Part shown: one piece after another, positions 20,023-30,712 of the stretch
Layout of the letters: each line of letters starts with the position of its first letter
Position numbering within the stretch: the first letter of the stretch is position 1
Assembly: GCA_023205875.1 (NCBI GenBank)
Contig: CP060762.1
Coordinates: 1-64,000, forward strand
Origin: Chloropicon primus
Taxonomy: Eukaryota
Reading direction: 5' to 3'
Length of the DNA stretch: 64,000 bases
Notes under the pieces: generated by a model
The model's database searches: none
What the model saw: the letters and a program-made list of their open reading frames with translations, nothing else
What the model was told of the DNA's origin: nothing
Translations under genes and position numbers: made by a program

Positions 20023-21096
20023 TCACTTGAGAGGCTTGACGGCAGTCATCAGGTTGAACTTGATCGTCCCGCTGGCGAATCCTAGCCTCATGAGGGGCAT
20101 CACCGCGGCCCCCCTCATGGTCTTCGGACCGGCCTTGAGCAGGCCCCTGAGCCCGTTCAAGGTGAGTGCGGTCTTGAGCACCGCGGTCCAGAACGGGGCC
20201 ACCTTGGGAGACCAGTCATCGATCTTGATGCCCTCAAACCCCGCTTGGGTGGCGAGGTCGTCGTACTCCGCAATGGAGACCCAAGCCGGGAGAAAGTAGG
20301 CCCTGTTGATCAGCGCCAAGAGGAGCCGCTCGTACGCGCTCAGGCTCTGCTCCTCCTGCCCCAGAACCCTGTGGCACCAGGTCACGACGATGACCCTCCC
20401 TCCCGGTTTGAGCACCCTGTAAAGCTCGTTGACAAACTTCTCCTTGTCCGGCATGTGCTCCCCGCTCTCCATCGACCAGACCAGGTCGAAGGACTCGTCC
20501 TCGAAGGGCTGGTTCAGGGCGTCCTCCACCTTGAACTCCACCACGGAGTCCTCGGGCAGGTCGTCACACTCCGCAGTGATCTTCCCTGCCCTCTTGGCCT
20601 GGTACGGGGACAGCGTGATCCCGCACCCGTACCCGCACCCGTACTTGGCCACGATGTGTCTCGTGCTCCCCCCGACGCCACAACCCACGTCAAGGACCTT
20701 CCCTTCCTTCCCGAGCCCCGCCCCTGCCCACTCCAACACCTTGTCGATCATCAACACCTGGGCCTCCCTGTGCTCCTCGATCGACAGCTGCAAGACAAAG
20801 AGAGAAGGGAGAAGAAGGTGTGAGCGTTGGATGACGCGGTGGCTGGCTCGAGCTGCGGCATGCCCCCCCTTGATTACCTTTGCTGTACTCTCGTAGTACC
20901 CGTGGTGCATGTGTTCCCCCCAGATCTGTTCCCACAAGGTACTACTCTCATCGTAGAACTTTGCTATCCCTTTCTTCAAAGTCTTCTGGTCCCTTTCCTC
21001 CATGGCGGCCCTCACCCTCACCCTCGTCCCCCTCCCCCTCCTCACCCCAGTCCCCGTCCCCAAACTCCTCGCCAAACCACGCGCTCTCGTCGCCAT
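20023..21096 (-). CDS. VTE4: Gamma-tocopherol methyltransferase, plastid; exons 21096-20878, 20787-20023
   Basis: GIAKFYDESS.LWEQIWGEHMHHGYY, LDVGCGVGGS, FDLVWSMESGEHMPDKEKF, IVVTWCHR. Arg-rich transit peptide. 90-nt GTAATC..TTGCAG intron. Confidence 0.95.
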   Translation of the reverse strand: MATRARGLARSLGTGTGVRRGRGTRVRVRAAMEERDQKTLKKGIAKFYDESSTLWEQIWGEHMHHGYYESTAKVIKGGHAAARASHRVIQRSHLLLPSLFVLQLSIEEHREAQVLMIDKVLEWAGAGLGKEGKVLDVGCGVGGSTRHIVAKYGCGYGCGITLSPYQAKRAGKITAECDDLPEDSVVEFKVEDALNQPFEDESFDLVWSMESGEHMPDKEKFVNELYRVLKPGGRVIVVTWCHRVLGQEEQSLSAYERLLLALINRAYFLPAWVSIAEYDDLATQAGFEGIKIDDWSPKVAPFWTAVLKTALTLNGLRGLLKAGPKTMRGAAVMPLMRLGFASGTIKFNLMTAVKPLK

Positions 21097-21259
21097 CCCT
21101 TCCCTTGGCCAACTCTTCGCCCCCTTTCTCGTCCTTTTCCCGCCAGTTGACGAGGGAGCGGCGAGGCGAGGGCAAAGAGGAGCGTGGGTCTCTGCCTCTG
21201 CGGAGGACGAGGACGAGGACGAGGGGGACCAGGAGGGCGAGGCTTTCGTTCAGGGTTTG

Positions 21260-22774
21260 ATGGCCTCTGCGATAAACTCACAGATGTCGGACTTTCCGGC
21301 CGGGAGCGAGAGGAAGAGGAGAGGGGAGGGGCATGGGCATGGGCGTGGGGAGGAGTACGCTCCGTTGAGGGGGGAGCCTCTTCCCGGGGACCACGAAGAG
21401 GGGCAGCACTTGCTGGGGGAGGGTGCGGCAACTGGAACGCACTACTCGTATGAGGAGGAGGATGGCCACGGCAGGGAGTCGGAGTACTTGGACGCAAGCA
21501 GCAAGGAGGCGTTTGGTGTGAAACCCCAAGTGATAAACTTGGGGAACACGATAGTCGGTGCGGGCCTCATGGCTTTGCCCAAGGTGGTGCAGACTCTGGG
21601 GATTGTGACTGGAGTGATCTCCCTCTTCGTGGTGCTGATGTGCACGATCAAGACGCTGAACTACATGCTGGTGGAGTCCACGAGGTGCAGAAGCACTGAC
21701 TTTGCTGCAGTGGTGAGGCAGAGGCTGGGGACCAAGGCAGCGCACGTGCTGGACTTCAGCATAGTCGTGAACAACGTCGGGCTCCTCATCATTTACCTCA
21801 GGATCATCGGCGACGTTCTCGTGGGGAACGCCGAGTACAAGGGCATAATCACGGACTTCATGAGCGACAAGAGCTTGCTGGCCCAGCCGTACTTTTCCGT
21901 GGGGATCATCACCTTTGGAGTCTTGCTGCCGCTGTGCAGCCTGGAGAAGATGGATGCGTTGGCGGCGGCCTCGGCTTCGGGCCTGGCCCTGGCGCTCCTC
22001 TTCAGCCTGATCACCATCATCCTGTCCCTGGTTGAGATATCCCACGACGGATTGAAGGACGTGAGCTTCGGGCCCAACCCCTTGTACTTTCACGGCGGCT
22101 TCGTCCAGGACCTCCTGGTCATCGTGGGGGTCTTCCCCGTCATTTTCACCTCCCTGGTGTGCCACTACAACCTCCTCCACGTCAAGGAGGACCTCCCGAG
22201 GAGGTTCTACCACAAGATGCCGGAAATCGTCAAGGTCTCGGGGTGCAGCTGCGTCGGCCTCTACTGCGTGGTGGCCTCCTTCGGCTACATCCTGTTCAAG
22301 GACGACGTGCAGGGGGACGTGCTGCTGAACTTTGGCTGCGACGCGCTGGAGCGCTTGGTGGGGAGCAAGATGTGCATCGTGATCGCCGTGGCGGTGAGGT
22401 CCATGTACGCCCTCGTCCTCTCCATGACCTTCCCCCTGATCCACTTTGCGCTGAGGCAGACCGAGTCGACGATCCTCTTGCCGCGGCCGGAGGAGAGAAA
22501 CAAGCCGGTCAACAGGTGGGGACTGACCCTGCTCAACTTGGTGGTGAGCTTCGTCGTGGCCATGGAGGTGCCCAACATCTGGACGCCCCTGCAGATCACG
22601 GGCGCCGTGGCCGCCGGCATCATCGGGTTCATCATCCCCTCCCTCCTGCACCTCAACGTGCCAGAGCAGGAGAAGTCCACCTGGGGCACCGTCCAGGCCT
22701 ACCTCCTGCTTTCTCTCGGCGTCCTCGTGGGCGTGGTTACCATCTACCAGCTCTGCACCGGGAACCTGAGCTGA
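21260..22774 (+). CDS. Amino acid transporter, Aa_trans/AAAP family (AVT6/SNAT-like)
   Basis: INLGNTIVGAGLMALP, LVCHYN, GYILFKDDVQGDVLLNF, about 11 TM segments. N-terminal dileucine motif EGQHLL suggests vacuolar sorting. Confidence 0.9.
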   Translation: MASAINSQMSDFPAGSERKRRGEGHGHGRGEEYAPLRGEPLPGDHEEGQHLLGEGAATGTHYSYEEEDGHGRESEYLDASSKEAFGVKPQVINLGNTIVGAGLMALPKVVQTLGIVTGVISLFVVLMCTIKTLNYMLVESTRCRSTDFAAVVRQRLGTKAAHVLDFSIVVNNVGLLIIYLRIIGDVLVGNAEYKGIITDFMSDKSLLAQPYFSVGIITFGVLLPLCSLEKMDALAAASASGLALALLFSLITIILSLVEISHDGLKDVSFGPNPLYFHGGFVQDLLVIVGVFPVIFTSLVCHYNLLHVKEDLPRRFYHKMPEIVKVSGCSCVGLYCVVASFGYILFKDDVQGDVLLNFGCDALERLVGSKMCIVIAVAVRSMYALVLSMTFPLIHFALRQTESTILLPRPEERNKPVNRWGLTLLNLVVSFVVAMEVPNIWTPLQITGAVAAGIIGFIIPSLLHLNVPEQEKSTWGTVQAYLLLSLGVLVGVVTIYQLCTGNLS

Positions 22775-22936
22775 GCCGAACGAGGAGAGGAGGAGAGGAG
22801 GCAGCGAAACAGAAGAAGAAGAAGAAGAAGAAGAAGAAAGAGAAAATATATTTATACAACAGAGGAGGAGTCCTTCAAAAAGTATTATTCGCCAAAACAT
22901 TGTCCGGCTTTGTCACACTACACACGCCACGCGCGT

Positions 22937-23140
22937 CTAGCTTGACCTCCCTCGAGAGGCTCCCTGGAGCAGGCGCCAGAGATGCACCCCGGCGAAGGCC
23001 TCCCCCGCGAAGGCCAAGGCCGAGCCCAAACCCCCCTTCCCTCTGCGAGGCCCACGATCAGATCCTCCCCCAACCGCCCAAGCCCACGCCACCGCAAGGA
23101 CCGAGAACGCCACGAGGAACACACGCATCGGGCACGCCAT
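22937..23140 (-). CDS. Small (67 aa) membrane protein of the plant 'MCPxR...GxxLWR' family
   Basis: MACPMRVFLVAFSVLAVAWAW...FAGEAFAGVHLWRLL matches my recollection of a land-plant small-protein pattern MCPLRFILVFFSA...DMASGRYLWR. It fills an otherwise empty gap. Confidence 0.65.
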   Translation of the reverse strand: MACPMRVFLVAFSVLAVAWAWAVGGGSDRGPRRGKGGLGSALAFAGEAFAGVHLWRLLQGASRGRSS

Positions 23141-23460
23141 TGAGTAAACCCCCTCGAACACAACACAACGTTAACGTCTTTCCTCCCTCCTCCCTCTCTC
23201 CTTCGGCCGTTACAATCGACCAAGCTCGGCCGTTAACAATTCTTGGAGTGTGGGGCGCTCGCTCATCTCCCCCCCAAACAAAATCGAAAACTCAGCCTCA
23301 GCCGTAAATTATAGTGGAGTTGACCTAACCTAATCCATAACGACATAACGAGCGCGCGTCGCGGTCGGTCGAGACAAGAGCAAGAGAGCAGAGGATGGAG
23401 ACCCCGTGGTCTTCTCCTTGGTCGTCGTCTTCGTCGTCTTCGTCGTCTGTGAAGTTGAGC

Positions 23461-25571
23461 ATGGCGAGGTTTTTGTTTGCTTTGGTTTGCCTTGGGGTTG
23501 TTGTGCTCGGGGAGGTGGAGGGGAAGTGTCCGTACCATGCCTTGTGGATGCCCAACTCTCCACACAAGTTGCCGGAAGACCACCCCAGCATGAAGATGTA
23601 CACCGTGGACGTGCACAAAAGGAGGGCGCTGCAGCAGGAACCCACGCCCAGGGCGGCCGACTTCGAGGGCAAGGGGGTCGGAACATGCGAGTGAGTCCTC
23701 TCTCTCTCTCTCTCTCGCTCTCTCTGAGCCCCTCTCTCTCTGACGGCGACCCAACCTTGTTTCTCTCTCTCTCTCTCCTTAGGTACGTGAACCCGTTCAC
23801 GCAGGGCCAGACGTGCGTCCAGATGACCGGAAGCAGTTACGAGGACGAGGCCGCGGCCAAGGCGTGGTGCGACGCCCCGGGGCTCCCCGGAGCCGTGGGC
23901 ACCTTCACCAAGGGGGGATCCTGCGCGGCCTTCCAGGACGAGAACTTCGCGGGGGTGTGCGTCAACGACGAGGGAACGCCCCAGGAGACAGCATCCGCGT
24001 TCGTGGAAGTTCCAGGGAATGCCTTGGCGTCCTGCACGACGACCATCATGGGCTGCGAGACCTTTGGGGGCGGAGCGTGGATCGGGGCCAAGTGCGTCAA
24101 GGACGAGGACGACGAGTCCATGAAGAACGTGATTGCGGTCCCGGAGGGGAGCACGACTCCGCTGGCGGAGGGAGAGTGCAAGCTCCAGGCCGGAATCGCT
24201 GGCGGGGGGCACATGGACATGAACGCCTTTTGGACGAGCGCGTGCGCCAACAGCAACTCTTCCTACTCCATGCCGAGGAGGTGGCAGGCGGACACGAGGA
24301 CGATCACCACCCAGAAGGATCGCTCCGTAACGGTTGGCCACGTCTGGTACGACCTCGAGAACAACAGGAGGAGGGAGGACTCTTTTCTGGTGGAGGGCGA
24401 GCTGAACGTGTTCCAGGAGGCCAAGAACTCGACCTTCCTCCACTTTGGCCCGAGGTTCTACATGATCGATTGGAACGAGGACGGGACCCACAAGTGCACC
24501 ATCGCGGACAGCCCCGTCGGCATTCTCAGGCCCAACTGGATCATCGACGCGGAGGGCTACGACGCCGTGAACCAGTACCTGGGCACCGAGTACATGATGT
24601 ACGAGGGGAACTACAGGCGCGTCAAGAAGTTCAGAAAGACGGAGCCGCTCGAGGACGCTTACATGATTCAGAGCTTCGACGACGAAGAGGACTGGGACAC
24701 GCCCGAGGGAAAGAAGAGGAGGCCCTTGAACAGGCAGACTCCGGGCGCCCCCTTCCAGGGAGATGCCGTGAACCAGTACTTCAACCACAGCACGGACTTT
24801 TCGGACGACGTCTTCGACATCTACAAGGTCCTCGACTGCGTGGAGAGGGACTTCAACAGAACGGAATTCGCGGAGAGGCAGGAGCAGCTTGCCGCGGAGC
24901 AAGGAGTCGAGTTCGATGCCTCGGCCCCCGGGCTCAATCTCAACAGCTCGTTCCACGTTGATTCGGGCGTGCTTGACGTGGAGTGCAAGGAGTGCGACAT
25001 CGAGTACGCCGTTCGCTCGGTGGACGGTGGCAAGGAGGAGGAGTCCCCAGACGACATCGAGGAGCCTGCGGCGGAGGCTGAGCCTGCCGAGTCAGGAGGT
25101 GCCGCGGTCCCCCCGGGGGCATCCAACACCCCAGACTTTGAGGGCAGCCAGGAAGTGAACGACGAAGTCTCCGTGGAGTGGAAGTATCACTCCGCCAACA
25201 GCACTTTGATGATCACTGCGACACTGGACAAGGACGCTTGGTTTTCCATCGCTTTCCCTGAGATCGAGTGCCTGATGGAGCCCGCGGTGTCCGTCATCGC
25301 CATCCCCGACGGTGACCAGGTCCTCAGCAACAGGTACTCGATCAACTCGCACGCCATGAGCGGAATTCAGGAGATGGTAGGGGACGATGAGGGCGGCATC
25401 CCATCCTTCAGCGCTGGCAAGGTTGGCCCCAAGGTCGTGATCGAGATCCAAAAGTACGTCGAGGACTTCTCCACCCCTCTGAGCGTCACGTGGGCCCGCG
25501 GCTTCGAACAGAAGCTCGGGTACCACGGCGGCAACGGGAAGGGCTGCCTCTCCATCGCTCCCGGGGCGTAG
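23461..25571 (+). CDS. Secreted multidomain protein: signal peptide, Cys-rich domain, EPDR/At4g14100-like domain, C-terminal DOMON; exons 23461-23690, 23783-25571
   Basis: Signal MARFLFALVCLGVVVLG. GTGAGT..CCTTAG intron rejoins in frame. Middle domain GHVWYD..NR..VGILRPNW..YLG. DOMON-like VEWK..AWFSIAF...M...VTWARG..LGYHG. Confidence 0.75.
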
Positions 25572-25795
25572 GAGGCCAAGGCCAAGGCCACCACACAAAA
25601 GTGGTAGATATCACAAGACAAATTAGCTTTTTTAGGCTCTTGCGGCCATAATACTAACACAAAGGGCGATCCTCTTGTCGCTTCTTCCATTCAATTCAAT
25701 TCTCAAACACTTGGTCGTGTCACTTCCACTTCCTCTCGCTGGCTGTCCTCCTTCCCGCCTCCCTCTCGCAGCAGCGAAAGTTGTGGCTCCTGGCG

Positions 25796-26868
25796 ATGGC
25801 GATGGCGATGGCGTTCCCGCGTGGCGACGGGCCGCCCCCCGCTGAGTGTCGGATCAGGGGGCACGGACAGGTCGGTCTCAGGCCGGCCGACCGAGGCAAA
25901 GCGACGCGCCGGTCCTTGGGAGGAACAAGGCGAAGGCGAGGGGAGGCTGCCAGGGGAACGAAGGATGCAAGCTGGCGGGAAACGCTTGGGGATTTGGATT
26001 CGAGCTTCGAGTCCGGTGGGGTGAGGACGAGGGAAGAGGCGACGACTTCGGGGAAGCTGTGCGTCCTCCGGGACGACTCGTCTCATCCCACGCCGTACGA
26101 GTCGGCCTGGGAGGAGCAGAAACGCCTGGTGTCGTCCAAGTGCCTTCAGCTGGAGAGGGGCCAGGTTCTGACGCAGGACCTTCTCCTGGTCCAGCACGAG
26201 GCGGTGTACACGCTCGGGGCGGGGAGCACGACGGATCACCTCCTGTTCGACGAGGAGGACCCGCCGCTGCCGCTCTTTCGGACGGAGAGGGGAGGAGAGG
26301 TGACCTACCACGGGCCCGGCCAGCTCGTGTTGTATCCGGTGAGACTTGAGGCCATCCCCATCCTTGGGGTTTGACTGCGGGGGTGAAGGCTGGCCGACCG
26401 ACTGACTGATGATTGCTTTGCTCTCCACCCTCTCTGTCGCTCTCTCTCTGCCGGACGCAGGTCATGGACTTGAGGAGCTTCGAGCAGGACTTGCACTGGT
26501 ACATGAGGACGCTGGAGGAGGTTGTGATCCGCACTCTGGGCGCACTGGGGCTGGAAGGGGAGAGGGTGGAAGGCTTGACGGGCGTTTGGGTCGAGGGCAA
26601 GAAGGTCGCTGCGATCGGCGTCAGGGCCAAGAGGTGGATCACCTACCATGGCCTGGCCTTGAACGTGACCACCGACCTCTCCCCCTTTGAGAACATCGTG
26701 CCTTGTGGGATCCAGGACAGGGGGGTCACCAGCGTGTACGACCTGCTCGCGGGGGCAAAGGGTGGCGAGAAGGGTCTCGACAAGGACGCCCTGCTGAAGG
26801 ATGTTGCGACCGAGCTCTTGAATAGCTTCGAGGAGCTCTTTGGTGTCGAGTACTGCCTTGTGGACTGA
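25796..26868 (+). CDS. LIP2: Octanoyltransferase LipB (probably plastid); exons 25796-26338, 26461-26868
   Basis: LLVQHEAVYTLG, RGGEVTYHGPGQLVLYP|V, GVWVEGKKVAAIGV, WITYHGLALNV, IVPCGI. Confidence 0.95.
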
Positions 26869-27253
26869 TTTGAAACAACTACATACAACTCGGTTTTGTA
26901 TTTTTGATCATGATATTGATACAGAAGATGACAATGCCATCCCAGGACATGCCTTCCTTTAGGCAGGACAGGGCAGGGCAGGACAGGCTTTAGATTCCCA
27001 TCAGGTGGCCGTCTTTCACATGTGTCTAACCCCCTCCTCGCTCCTTCCTCCTCCCCCTCCTCCCTCCATCTTTGCTTGGCCTGATGGGTACGAGACCTCA
27101 GTCAGTCCAGGACTGCGCTGCGGTTCATGGAGGACAAGGCAACGACAGAGAGGGGCAAAAGGAGGAGAACCGAGCCGAAAAGAACTGAAGTGAAGTGAAG
27201 CGGAACCGACTGGAAGCGGGAACGAGGTTTTCGTCCACGGCCACGGCCCAAAG

Positions 27254-28505
27254 ATGTCAACCTTGGACGACCCAAACCCAAACTACCCCGTGGTGGTGGA
27301 TGGGTTGGAAGAGAAGCTCCCAGAGTGGCAAGTGGACCACGTGTATTGTTGGGATGACACCGCGCAGCAGGTGTGCCCCGCGGACCCAAGGGTAAGGATT
27401 CATCAAACTGGACACGAGGACCGCCTCAGAGAGGGAGAGAATGCGAGTTGGGAAGGAGGAGGAGTCTTCGCCATTCCTTCTGGCGTTTTCGTGAAAGTGA
27501 CCTGACTCCTTGTGTTCTTCCTTTTGCGCGGACCAACGCAAGGTTGTGGAGGACTTGCAGAGGCAAGGACACTTCATCTTGAGCTTGACCTCTGCGTTCA
27601 GAACCAAGTTGGGTTTGTTGCAGAACAGCGTGAACGGGCCTTTGCTTGCCAAGCGAGACGCTCTCCTGGTCCAGCAGGCCAAGATTCAGAGCAGGATTGA
27701 TGAGGTGAAGGCAGCGAGCAGCACAATAGAGAAGGAAACCAAACACAATGCAGAGGAGATCGTGGAGCGCTTGAAGTCGACCGAGCGATTCAAGCTTAGC
27801 TTGCTTCTCAGGGACAAGGTGGACCTGGCCAAAGACGTCGAGGTGATCCAGGGTCTCGTGGAGGAGGTGGCGGACAGAGGCAAGGCGACCTCGATGATAG
27901 ACTTCTTGGGCAAGGAGAAGCACCTCAAGGACAGGTGCGAGATGTTGATAGGGAAGCCATACAAGGTGGACATCGAGGTGCAAGCAGACGACTTCGAGCA
28001 CGAAACCAAGGCGCACAAGGATGTAGTGAAGAAGTACGGGGCCTTGCAAGAACTCGTGGAGGTGAAGGATACGATCATCGCCCAGCTTTTGGAGGACAGG
28101 GCGCTGCTCCAGAAGAAGGTTGAGATGATGGAGGAGTCCCACGGCAAGCGGGTGACCGGGCTCGAGAAGGAGAAGGACAACCTGCTGCAAGCTTTGGCCA
28201 AGCTCGGGCCCATCGCCGGGGAGCCCGGAGAGGCCAGGGAAGAGGAGGGGAGCAGGGAGACCCTTGCTCTGGCGGAGAGCACCAGCAAAAGCAGCGACAA
28301 GGGCGAGGAAGAGGCGGTGGAGAGCGTGATGAGTGGCTCGCCGGAGAGCAGGGCGACTTGTAATTCTCAGGAGGCCTCCTTGGTGCAGAGGGGGAGCGGC
28401 AGCGAGGGCGGCACAAGCAACAGCGGGAAGGACTGGCTGATGACCATAGAGCACAACGGAAAGCGAATAGAGGTTTACCAGGAGGACAAGGACGAGTTTG
28501 GGTGA
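27254..28505 (+). CDS. Coiled-coil protein with degenerate B-box-like N-terminus; exons 27254-27391, 27543-28505
   Basis: GTAAGG..CTGAC..AAG intron joins two ORFs in phase 0. Long heptad region follows YCWDD...VCP..H.I.SL. Confidence 0.6.
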
Positions 28506-28587
28506 GCGTCGTCGCGTTCGAGGGTTTGATGGTCGGATAAATAATATAGCACACGCGACGCGCGATGTTTATGATACAAAAAGTCCC

Positions 28588-29307
28588 TTACTTTTTCATC
28601 AGCTCTGCAACCCCACACTTTTGGCCCTTCATTGATCCAACGATTGTCAAGAGGTCGCTCTCCACCTTGAGACTCTCCACCACGAACTTGAGCGAGCACC
28701 CTTCTCTGATCTCCACGGGGTTGTCCGCCTCCTTGCCCTTCTTCTTGGCCGCCTTGGCGGTGTTCCCATCAAAGTCCTGCTTAAAGTTCCCCTGGTACTT
28801 GTAGTCGACCTTGTCACGCGGCAGCACGGCGTTGAAGACCCCGAGGACGAGCATCCCGATGTAATCGCTCCCCAGCTTATGCACCTTACCCACGAGGGTG
28901 CTGCCCCTCTTTGGTGCAAACACCAAGAGCGACGCTCTCACCACGACCTGGACGTACGGCAGGAAAGGCAGGACGAGGCCTGCAGCAATGGAAGAACCTT
29001 CTCCAAAAAAAAAAGCAAATGAAAATTGGATGGAGAGGAAGAAGCGTGGATCACTCAGTTCGAGTTCCTTGCACCGTGGTTGGTCTTTCCTCCCTCGCCC
29101 AAACTCACCTTGTCCGTCCTCCGCGAGCTCCTCGTCCCCGTACGAGAGCACTGCCCCTTCCCATTGAGGCGTCCTGTGCCACTTGAGCACCAGGGAGTCC
29201 AACTTTTCCCTCGCCGCTTCGATCATGGATCCCCCCAACAGAGACGGGTGGATCTCCGCCGTCATCCTCGCCCTTATCGATAGTATTACGTCCTCGTCCA
29301 TCTTCAT
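28588..29307 (-). CDS. RPA43: RNA polymerase I subunit RPA43 (Rpb7-like); exons 29307-29109, 28979-28588
   Basis: IHPSLL..REKLDSLVLKW..EGAVLSY, PYVQVVVRASLLVFAPKRG..LVGKVHKLGSDYIGMLVLGVFNA. 129-nt GTGAGT..CTGCAG intron. Confidence 0.88.
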   Translation of the reverse strand: MKMDEDVILSIRARMTAEIHPSLLGGSMIEAAREKLDSLVLKWHRTPQWEGAVLSYGDEELAEDGQGEFGRGRKDQPRCKELELSDPRFFLSIQFSFAFFFGEGSSIAAGLVLPFLPYVQVVVRASLLVFAPKRGSTLVGKVHKLGSDYIGMLVLGVFNAVLPRDKVDYKYQGNFKQDFDGNTAKAAKKKGKEADNPVEIREGCSLKFVVESLKVESDLLTIVGSMKGQKCGVAELMKK

Positions 29308-29716
29308 CAATCCTCCACACCCACACGTCACGTCACGTCACGGTATCGTTATCGTTATCGTTATCGTTCTGAAGCGAAAGCCAAGTCGGTGAGAGGGAGA
29401 CCTTGTCCGTGTTGGTGTTGGTTTGTGTTCCTCTCCTCGTTGTCCTCGTGCTCGTGCTCCTCCTCGTGCCTCCCTTGTGCTCGTTCCTTGGCGCGGCGGT
29501 GGACAGAGTTTGGTTCGTTCTCCGCCGTCGTGGTCGTGTGCACTCGTCCCAAGGACAAGCCCACACACCAGGGAGGACCTTGGAGTTACCCGGGAGGCAA
29601 AGGAGCAAAGGAGCAAGGAAGAGAGGGGGTGGGGTGGGGTGGGATACTGGGGGGGGTCATCATCATCATCCAGCATCATCCAGCATCCAGTAGACACTCT
29701 TGACTTCCTGGCCTTG

Positions 29717-30322
29717 ATGGACATGAACAAGAACATGACCATGGCTATGATGCCCATGTACTTTACGAACTCGTACAAGACCACGTTATGGTTCAAGGAG
29801 TGGAGGTCAGAAAGGTGAGGAGAAGCGCCTAGCACAACGAGGGAAAGGGTCTAGGGGAGGGGGGACTCCTTTGATCTCCCTGTGAGCCTCGTTCTCGCTG
29901 ACAAACGGCTTTTGTTTTTCCTGCTGCTCTCCACGCTTTCGTTTGTGCGCTTCAGTCGAATGGATTACTACTTTATGCTTTTCGTGGTGACGGTTTTGGG
30001 TTTCGCCCTGGAGGCTCTCCAGTCTGTGAGGAGGGATCTGGACAACAAGCGGGGTCACCACTACGAGGAGCTCCTGGACGTGCAGGCCGAAAACCGTGAG
30101 CACTACATGAAGTTAGTCCGTGCCGCCTCGGCCTTCCTTTACTTTCTGTCCCTCCTTCTGGGCTACTTGCTCATGCTGGCCGCCATGACCTTCAACGTCG
30201 GTCTGTTCTTGTCCGTGATCGTGGGGATGACCTTGGGCTTTTACTTTTTGAGAACCAAGGAGGGGGGAACGACGGGCGCAGCGCAAGGCGTCGTCGAAGG
30301 CAACCACTGCGGCCTCAGCTGA
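29717..30322 (+). CDS. COPT: Ctr/COPT copper transporter; exons 29717-29814, 29956-30322
   Basis: Met-rich N-terminus MDMNKNMTMAMMPMYF, LWFKEW, and the GYLLMLAAMTFNVGLF..GMTLG (MxxxM-x12-GxxxG) signature. Confidence 0.93.
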
Positions 30323-30712
30323 ACCCCCGCAGAGGGGGGACACAAGGAGAAAGGGAAAGCAAAACAAAGGAAAGGAAAGCAAAGGAAACAAAGCGTTGTA
30401 CAGGACCCAGTGTTCATTGTGGTTTCATCCATGCCCCTTCGCTTCCTTCCTCCTCAAGCTAAAGGCCAAAGCAAAGGTAAGGCTGGTGTAATACTATTTT
30501 TTCATGGAACAAAAACGCTTCTGTCGTGTCGTGCCGGTCGAGGACGTGGGATGGCAAGATTCTTTGCATGCTGGGCAGGAACCAACCCCGCCCCTCCATC
30601 GCCATCGCCGCTCTCCGCCATTCGCATCCTTTCCCGCCATCAGGGGAGGAGGAAGCTTTCTTAGTTTTTTGACAAAACTCCCGGGAAAACGCGTTGGACG
30701 ATCGACGGTGCG

